A program made the position numbers and the translations under genes. Positions 26,279 through 32,000 of a DNA stretch of 32,000 nucleotides are shown here, piece after piece. The notes under the pieces were generated by a model. It saw nothing but the letters and a program-made list of their open reading frames with translations. It searched no databases and had not been told where the DNA came from. Each line of letters opens with the position of its first letter. Position 1 is the first letter of the stretch. Source of the stretch: Synechocystis sp. PCC 6803 substr. PCC-P (lineage in GTDB: Bacteria > Cyanobacteriota > Cyanobacteriia > Cyanobacteriales > Microcystaceae); NCBI RefSeq assembly GCF_000284455.1, contig NC_017039.1:1680001-1712000 (forward strand), read 5' to 3'.

Positions 26279-27904
26279 TTGACTAAAGAAAAATTGAGCA
26301 CCATAGCAAGAAAAGTTTTGCCCTTACTATTGGGGGGCATTGCCATGGGTTTGGCAACGGCTCCTTTAGGTTGGACCTATGTAGCTTGGTTTGGACAAAT
26401 TCCCCTCTGGATTTGGATTTTTAGAGCTAACACTACTAGGCTTAATTTTACCCAGCTTAAACAATTTTTAATTTCAAGGTCACTAACAGCCATAGCTTGG
26501 GGAGGGGGATTTTATGGCGTGGCCTTATTTTGGATCACCGGAGTCCATCCCCTTACCTGGTTAGGAGTGCCTTGGTTAGCTAGTCTGGCGATCGCCGCTT
26601 TTTGTTGGTTAGCCATCACAGCTTGGGGTGTTGTCCTAGTATTTGTTTGGTTACTGGCCATGGCGGTTTGGGAAGTTACCACAGCCCGGACAAAAGTCAA
26701 TTCCACCTTTAAAAAATATTTATTTATACTTTGGGGCACCGCTAGTTGGTGTGGGTTGGAAACTCTTTGGAGTCATTCCATTCTCTGGTGGAGTCCTGTG
26801 GCCTATACCCAAAGCCCTAGTCAGTTACATTTTTTGCAGTGGGGAGCCATTGGTGGCCCGGCTTTATTAAGTGCTTTTATTGTGGCTGTTAATGGATTTT
26901 TAGCTTTAGGTTTAATTGATTTTTTAGACGGTAAAACTGTTAACAAAAATAAACAAAATTGGCATTATTTTTTAATTGCTATTCTCATTTGGTTATTCTG
27001 TCAAGGAGGAGGTTGGTTACTCTATCAAAAACCTTTAGCGGATACACCGGAGGAGAAAATTAATGTGGGTATTATCCAGGGGAATATTCCCAACCAAATT
27101 AAATTTAATAGTGAAGGTTGGCAGCGGGCGATCGCCGGTTACACAGAAGGTTACAAAAAACTAACTGAGCAAGGAGCAGAAATAGTACTCACCCCGGAGG
27201 GAGCCTTACCCTATCTTTGGGAAACGGTGGTGGCCAAAAGTGGCTTTTACCAAGCTATTTTACAAACCCAAGTGCCGGTGTGGTTGGGGGCCTATGGCAC
27301 TAAAGGGGATGGTTACACCAATAGTTTATTGACGGTGGATGGCCAGGGAAAATTGCTTGGTCGTTACGATAAGTTTAAACTAGTACCCCTGGGGGAATAT
27401 ATTCCGCTCAGTAACGTTTTTGGTCAGTTGATTCAACGGCTTTCCCCCCTTAAAGAACAGCTACTCCCAGGCGATCGCCCCCAGGTTTTACCAACTCCCT
27501 TTGGGCCAGCGGCGGTGGTGATCTGTTACGAATCTGCCTTTCCCGATCTATTGCGTTCCCAACTGTTACAGGGAGGGGAATTTATTCTTTCCAGTGCCAA
27601 CAACGCCCATTACAGCGACACCATGGCGGCCCAACACCATGCCCTAGACGTGATGCGGGCCATTGAAGGCGATCGTTGGTTGGCCCGGGCCACCAACACT
27701 GGACTTTCGGCGATAATTAATCCCCGGGGAAAAACCCTTTGGTTATCGGCCATGAACCAGTATGAAATCCATGCTGCCCCCATTTACCGTCGCCGGGGCC
27801 TCATTCTCTACAGCCGTTGGGGGGACTGGGTAGTGTTTTTATTACTGGTTGTCTCGGCGATCGCCTGGCTTTACCAAATTGTTTTCCCACTTAACCAACG
27901 GTGA
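26279..27904 (+). CDS. lnt: apolipoprotein N-acyltransferase
   Basis: Polytopic N-terminal domain plus a CN-hydrolase domain with the E-K-C triad context (VLTPEGALP, YDKFKLVPLGEYIP, VVICYESAFP). TTG start at 26279. Confidence 0.88.
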   Translation: MTKEKLSTIARKVLPLLLGGIAMGLATAPLGWTYVAWFGQIPLWIWIFRANTTRLNFTQLKQFLISRSLTAIAWGGGFYGVALFWITGVHPLTWLGVPWLASLAIAAFCWLAITAWGVVLVFVWLLAMAVWEVTTARTKVNSTFKKYLFILWGTASWCGLETLWSHSILWWSPVAYTQSPSQLHFLQWGAIGGPALLSAFIVAVNGFLALGLIDFLDGKTVNKNKQNWHYFLIAILIWLFCQGGGWLLYQKPLADTPEEKINVGIIQGNIPNQIKFNSEGWQRAIAGYTEGYKKLTEQGAEIVLTPEGALPYLWETVVAKSGFYQAILQTQVPVWLGAYGTKGDGYTNSLLTVDGQGKLLGRYDKFKLVPLGEYIPLSNVFGQLIQRLSPLKEQLLPGDRPQVLPTPFGPAAVVICYESAFPDLLRSQLLQGGEFILSSANNAHYSDTMAAQHHALDVMRAIEGDRWLARATNTGLSAIINPRGKTLWLSAMNQYEIHAAPIYRRRGLILYSRWGDWVVFLLLVVSAIAWLYQIVFPLNQR

Positions 27905-27921
27905 AAAATACTGAAAACATA

Positions 27922-28182
27922 ATGGAATTAATTTTATACAGCAAGCCCGGTTGCCATCTTTGTGAAGGATTGATGGAAAAATTAGCCCAGATTAATAGCC
28001 TAACCATTGAGCTAGAAGTCCGTGACATCACCACTGACGAACAATGGTGGGCCGCCTACCAATACGAAATTCCGGTATTAGTGTGGCGATCGCCGACGGG
28101 GGAAATTACTTTGCCGAGGCTATCTCCCCGGGCCCCTGTTAGTCAATTGGAAAAGTTACTGCAACAATACGTTAATGGCTGA
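27922..28182 (+). CDS. glutaredoxin-like thioredoxin-fold protein (DUF836 type)
   Basis: MELILYSKPGCHLCEGL carries a CxxC motif. An alternative GTG 27901 overlaps the lnt stop (GTGA). Confidence 0.7.
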   Translation: MELILYSKPGCHLCEGLMEKLAQINSLTIELEVRDITTDEQWWAAYQYEIPVLVWRSPTGEITLPRLSPRAPVSQLEKLLQQYVNG

Positions 28183-28259
28183 TTTCCCTGGGTAATGGAA
28201 AGGGTAGGCTTAGATTGAACGCAACGGCGATCGTTCATTGCGCCCCCCAGGGACAACGG

Positions 28260-29696
28260 ATGAATAAGTGGTTTAGTAAAAAGTTTTTAGCAACGGATAT
28301 TCGGGCTCCCCATAATTTCACCGGGGTGCATTTGGCTCCCCCCCAATGGTTGAAGCTGTTTTTTTTGCTAGGGGCGGACTTTACTGCCCTACTGGTGGCT
28401 TGGATTGTGGCCCACCGTCTCAATGATTTTTATTCCCCGCCCCCCCCGCAATTTGTTTGGTGGAACTGGTGGGGATTGCCCAGTTTATTTTGGTGCTATG
28501 CCGCCATCGTTTTGATTGTTTTTACCTACGCCGGTTTATACCGTCCCCAGACCCGCACTCAAAACTTTCTCGGAGTTGTTAAGCTGATCAGCTCCGTTTT
28601 TTTGCTGACCCTGGTGGCCAAATATTTTTACGATCCGGCGATCGACCTGCCCCGTTCCCTATTTTTTTCCGCTTGGGGCACCAGTATTATTTTTGTCATC
28701 CTAGCCCGTTTTGTAATTAGCCTAGTCCTCAGTCCCCTGGAAAGTCGTCAAGCCATTCCTATTTTTTTAATTGCTAGCTCCTGCCGTATTCAGCACCTTA
28801 CCGTTACTTTGGAACGGCGTTCCCAATACCGAGTGGTAGGAGTTGCCTTGGCCAGTACAGCCCACAGCCATCACACTCTGCAACAAATTCTGGCATCCGG
28901 GGCCCAGGAAGTTCTAGCGGAGGCTTTACCTGAAGCGGATTTAGCCTCTAGTTTGTACTGGCATTTACGAGGGGAAAACATTGCCCTAAGACTACTGCCC
29001 TCCAGCCGGGATATGCTCTACCGCCGGGGCATGCCGGAGATTTTTGCTGGTTTACCAACGGTGCGGGTGGAAATTCCTTTATTGGTGGGGTTGGATTACC
29101 GCCTCAAAAGAGCTTTGGACTATGGTGGAGCGTTATTTGGTATTGTGGTGCTTTCTCCCCTATTTTTGGCGATCGTTATTGCCATCAAACTATCTTCCCC
29201 CGGCCCAGCTTTTTTCCGCCAGGAACGGGTGGGGCTCCAGGGTAAAACCTTTCAAATGTGGAAATTTCGCACCATGGTGGTCAATGCCCCCCTGCTTCAG
29301 CAACAATTAGAAGCCGCCAACGAAAACGATGATGGCATCATGTTCAAGCTCAAACGGGACCCCCGCATTATTCCCCTGGGGCATTTTCTCCGCCGCAGTA
29401 GTTTGGATGAAATCCCCCAACTATTCAATGTGATGATGGGGCAAATGAGTTTGGTGGGCCCCAGGCCTCTGCCCCTGCGGGATGTGGAAAGGTTTGATGC
29501 TTGGCACCATATTCGTCATCAGGTAATGCCTGGGGTAACGGGACTTTGGCAAATTTCCGGGCGATCGGATATCGGTAGCTTTGATGACGTAGCCCGACTA
29601 GATTTGTACTATATTGATAACTGGTCATTAAATCTTGATTGGGACATTCTGGTGGAAACTGTCAGAATATTATTGTTTAGGAAGGGAGCTTATTAG
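28260..29696 (+). CDS. polyprenyl-phosphate hexose-1-phosphate transferase (WbaP/exopolysaccharide 'bacterial sugar transferase' family)
   Basis: N-terminal TM helices, then a C-terminal domain with SSPGPAFFRQERVGLQGKTFQMWKFRTM and LDEIPQLFNVMMGQMSLVGPRPL. ATG 28260 is preferred over TTG 28215. Confidence 0.85.
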   Translation: MNKWFSKKFLATDIRAPHNFTGVHLAPPQWLKLFFLLGADFTALLVAWIVAHRLNDFYSPPPPQFVWWNWWGLPSLFWCYAAIVLIVFTYAGLYRPQTRTQNFLGVVKLISSVFLLTLVAKYFYDPAIDLPRSLFFSAWGTSIIFVILARFVISLVLSPLESRQAIPIFLIASSCRIQHLTVTLERRSQYRVVGVALASTAHSHHTLQQILASGAQEVLAEALPEADLASSLYWHLRGENIALRLLPSSRDMLYRRGMPEIFAGLPTVRVEIPLLVGLDYRLKRALDYGGALFGIVVLSPLFLAIVIAIKLSSPGPAFFRQERVGLQGKTFQMWKFRTMVVNAPLLQQQLEAANENDDGIMFKLKRDPRIIPLGHFLRRSSLDEIPQLFNVMMGQMSLVGPRPLPLRDVERFDAWHHIRHQVMPGVTGLWQISGRSDIGSFDDVARLDLYYIDNWSLNLDWDILVETVRILLFRKGAY

Positions 29697-29816
29697 AGAT
29701 TAGAAAATATAGCGATTGTCAGTCCAGGAAAGTAGAGCAAAATCTTTGAGAAATAGGCGTTTCAGCCTTTTAAAAGAGACTCAATCGCTTTTCCATCAAT
29801 GGGTAGTTTTATTCAT

Positions 29817-30780
29817 GGCTGATTAGTATAACCATGAGACACTAGACTATGCAGTAATCTTGAATGACTTTATCTATGCTAGTACCAGGAGGTGCCTGCA
29901 TTCTCGCTCTTTTTAATGCACTAAAGTCATGTTCTATATCATTCAAATCTGGGGAATAAGTTGGCAAAAATAACACCATGTGTCCTGCGGATTCCACTAT
30001 TTCCCTAATCTTATTTTTTCGATGAATGGGGGCGTTATTCATAATCAAGATTGATTTGATTGTTAATGCTGGTATTAAAAATAATTAAAGCCATCCTTCA
30101 AAACCCGTTGCATTTAAGCTTCATGTGAATAACATCGTCGCTATTAAGTCTTTTTTTGTTTTTCTTCTTCTTGCTACAAGATTTTCTTTTTCCCCCCTTT
30201 TCCCCTGCTTTTTTCCATATACTCTTCCTCCTTTGTTAGACCATCCATAAAGTGAGGATACAAATTCCCCAAAACCAGCTTCGTCTATGAATACTCGACT
30301 TTCAATACCGTATATTAAAACCAATTGGCTCAAGATTTTCTGATATTCTGCTCGCTTTTGGACATCTCTCTCTTGATAAAGTAACTGTTTTTTTCTAGTA
30401 ATCTTCATTTTTTTGAATTGATAACAGAGTGAAGCAGGAGTTATACCAAATTTTTTAGCTCTTTCTTTTAAAAGCATATCAGGATTATTTTTCACATCCT
30501 CTTCCAATTCTTTTATGTTTATCTTATGCTGGCGGGTCTCAACTTTCGTTGCCGCAAGCTCTTCTCTGCCCAACCAGCGATAAATTGTTGCTCTGCCCAC
30601 CCTAAATGTTCTCGAAGCCTTTGTGATTCCATCACCACTCTCGATGAAATCTATAACCTTAAGACGTAAATCAAGATCGTAAGCCATGACTGATTTCGTT
30701 ATTTATAGATTTTTGAGTTATTCTTGCAACATGTTACCAAAAAAAATTAGCAAAACCTCTCATAACTAGCTAAATTAGCT
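29817..30780 (-). mobile_element. decayed IS630/Tc1-mariner-family insertion sequence (~0.96 kb); the ends are only approximate
   Basis: The size is right for the family. The imperfect terminal inverted repeat is GGCTGATTAGTATAACCATGAGA (left) against the reverse complement AGCTAATTTAGCTAGTTATGAGA (right). A hand-counted 60-nt line gives ~27% G+C. Confidence 0.55.
29842..30687 (-). pseudogene. IS630-family DDE transposase with two in-frame nonsense codons and a probable catalytic Asp-to-Asn change
   Basis: ORFs 30121..30687 and 29842..30048 share one frame: ...LIATMLFT*SLNATGFEGWL*LFLIPALTIKSILIMNNAPIH. The stops are TGA 30121-30123 and TAA 30085-30087. An N-terminal HTH (GRATIYRWL), FIDEAGF and YSPDLNDIEH are present. 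MNNAPIH stands where the family has (L/M)DNAxxH. Confidence 0.85.
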
Positions 30781-30832
30781 ATACATGTGTAAATTTGAAT
30801 GCATATTTGTAACTCACGGAGCCAATGTCCAT

Positions 30833-30862
30833 GGGAATTCAAGTTTTGGGAAATTCAAGTTT
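30833..30862. repeat. tandem direct repeat GGGA(A)ATTCAAGTTT x2
   Basis: Read directly: 30833-30846 and 30848-30862. Confidence 0.85.
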
Positions 30863-31161
30863 AATCTCTCAGGGTAAATTCCCCGCCCCTTGAGGCGTAA
30901 GTCTTAGAGCGGTAGTGCGTTCCGAAGGAAAAATTCCGTAATGCCCCGTTCGCTTGCGGCGGGGATATGAATTTTAGCGCTCCGCTCCCGATTTTTTACT
31001 GAACTACTTGAAGGCGCGTTTGAGCTTATCAATCCAGTTTGCTAATGCGGATTAGTTCACAGTGACTGACTTGACGTTGAAGGGACTTTAGCGTTCTAAT
31101 CGATCTAGTGGTTTCACCGGCTTTGCCCCGGTTGAGCAATCCTCTTTTTTTTGCAAATATC

Positions 31162-31437
31162 ATGACGGTTAAAGTTCTTATTCCGACTCCGCTACAAAAG
31201 TTCACCAGTGGTCAAGCTACCATTGATTGTGAAGCCGCTAACGTAGGGCAGTTGATTGAAGCTCTAGAAGCTAATTGCCCCGGCATCAAGGCCCGGCTGT
31301 GCGACGAAGAAGGCAAACCCCGCCGCTTTCTCAATTTTTACGTCAACGAAGAAGACATCCGCTTTTTGGAAGGTACGGATACAGCCCTGAGTGCAGGGGA
31401 TGAGGTAAGTATTGTGCCCGCCGTAGCTGGGGGCTAA
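31162..31437 (+). CDS. MoaD/ThiS-family ubiquitin-like sulfur-carrier protein (91 aa, C-terminal Gly-Gly)
   Basis: [25 protein letters not shown]...[13 protein letters not shown] has the beta-grasp pattern with a terminal GG. ATG 31162 is preferred over GTG 31108. Confidence 0.8.
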
Positions 31438-31500
31438 CGACCGCCGATCGCCTGAAAATTCAGGAGAGGTGAAAACATAGTCCACCTCACAACTAACTGT

Positions 31501-31530
31501 CCCAGGGGATTCCTTCCTGGGCTTTTGTTA
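31501..31530 (+). terminator. intrinsic terminator downstream of the MoaD/ThiS-like gene
   Basis: CCCAGGGG-ATTCC-TTCCTGGG forms 6 Watson-Crick pairs plus 2 G-U pairs, followed immediately by CTTTTGTT. Confidence 0.6.
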
Positions 31531-31535
31531 TGGCA

Positions 31536-31562
31536 GGAAATGGGGGTTTATATTGCCCCCTT
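31536..31562 (-). terminator. possible rpe terminator hairpin
   Basis: On the minus strand, GGGGG-caatataaa-CCCCC is followed by ATTTCC, a weak U-tract. Confidence 0.3.
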
Positions 31563-31591
31563 GTTTCCCTATTTTGTCCATGGGCGGAATT

Positions 31592-32000
31592 TTACACCGT
31601 TGCCAGTTGGGGTTCTGGACGTTTGCTGTTGCGTACTCCGGCGATCGCCTCAGCGTAATTGGGGGCATTGAACACCGCAGAACCGGCCACAATGGCGTTG
31701 GCTCCGGCCTCTAGAACCTGCCAAGTGTTATTGGGTTTAAGACCACCATCCACTTCGATCCAGGGATCCAGACCCCGCTCATCACACATCTGACGGAGAG
31801 CACGGATTTTAGGCAACACTTCGGGAATGAAGCTTTGACCACCAAAGCCGGGATTAACGCTCATGATCAAGATTAGATCGCAGACGGGCAACACATATTC
31901 AAGAAAATCCAGAGGAGTGGAAGGATTGAGCACCGCCCCGGCCTTTTTACCCAATTCCCGAATTTGACAAAGGGTACGATGGAGATGGGGAGAGGCGTTG
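31592..32000 (-). CDS. rpe: ribulose-phosphate 3-epimerase, N-terminus beyond the window edge
   Basis: Contains [32 protein letters not shown] and [13 protein letters not shown]. The frame stays open to position 32000. Confidence 0.95.
   Translation of the reverse strand, partial: NASPHLHRTLCQIRELGKKAGAVLNPSTPLDFLEYVLPVCDLILIMSVNPGFGGQSFIPEVLPKIRALRQMCDERGLDPWIEVDGGLKPNNTWQVLEAGANAIVAGSAVFNAPNYAEAIAGVRNSKRPEPQLATV

Noticed and set aside
30833-30987. Possible CRISPR remnant or Moco/other riboswitch upstream of the MoaD-like gene
   Set aside because: Only two adjacent repeat copies are present, with no spacers, so this is not a CRISPR array. I could not match the helices to the Moco, glutamine, guanidine or any other riboswitch consensus I know. 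It is reported only as unexplained structure.
31116-31152. Hairpin plus T8 run just before the MoaD-like ATG, as an attenuator or terminator
   Set aside because: The 5-bp stem is weak, and ~12 nt separate it from the T-run. This does not fit a canonical intrinsic terminator, so it is mentioned only as context.

Overview
The window looks like cyanobacterial core chromosome. It closely matches what I remember of Synechocystis sp. PCC 6803, in the neighbourhood of psaF-psaJ, ndhL, ctaCII, menF, lnt and rpe. That identification, and any locus names, come from memory and should be confirmed by BLAST. The 8-bp HIP1 palindrome GCGATCGC occurs about once per kb, which is typical of this lineage. I can support about 32 protein-coding genes, mostly housekeeping: tRNA/rRNA modification, photosystem I, NDH-1, cell envelope and cofactor synthesis. 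I can also support one tRNA-Gly(UCC) and a 40-codon psaJ that the ORF track misses. Five decayed selfish-element genes are present: an IS4-superfamily element, an IS630/Tc1-like element, an IS1 InsB-like fragment, an internally deleted Rpn/YhgA-like (DUF4351) gene and a Uma2-like C-terminal remnant. There is no rRNA, no CRISPR array, and no recognisable defence island, toxin-antitoxin pair or biosynthetic cluster. I do not see a convincing novel multi-gene system. The most unexplained sequence is two gene-free spacers. One is 30781-31161, with a tandem repeat and nested GC-rich helices upstream of an orphan MoaD/ThiS-like gene. The other is 19460-19920, with three GCCC...CTTCNGAA units upstream of ndhL. 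A strongly AT-rich SPFH gene without a transmembrane segment is also notable. All coordinates and motif calls come from reading and hand-translating the sequence. No searches or folding programs were run.
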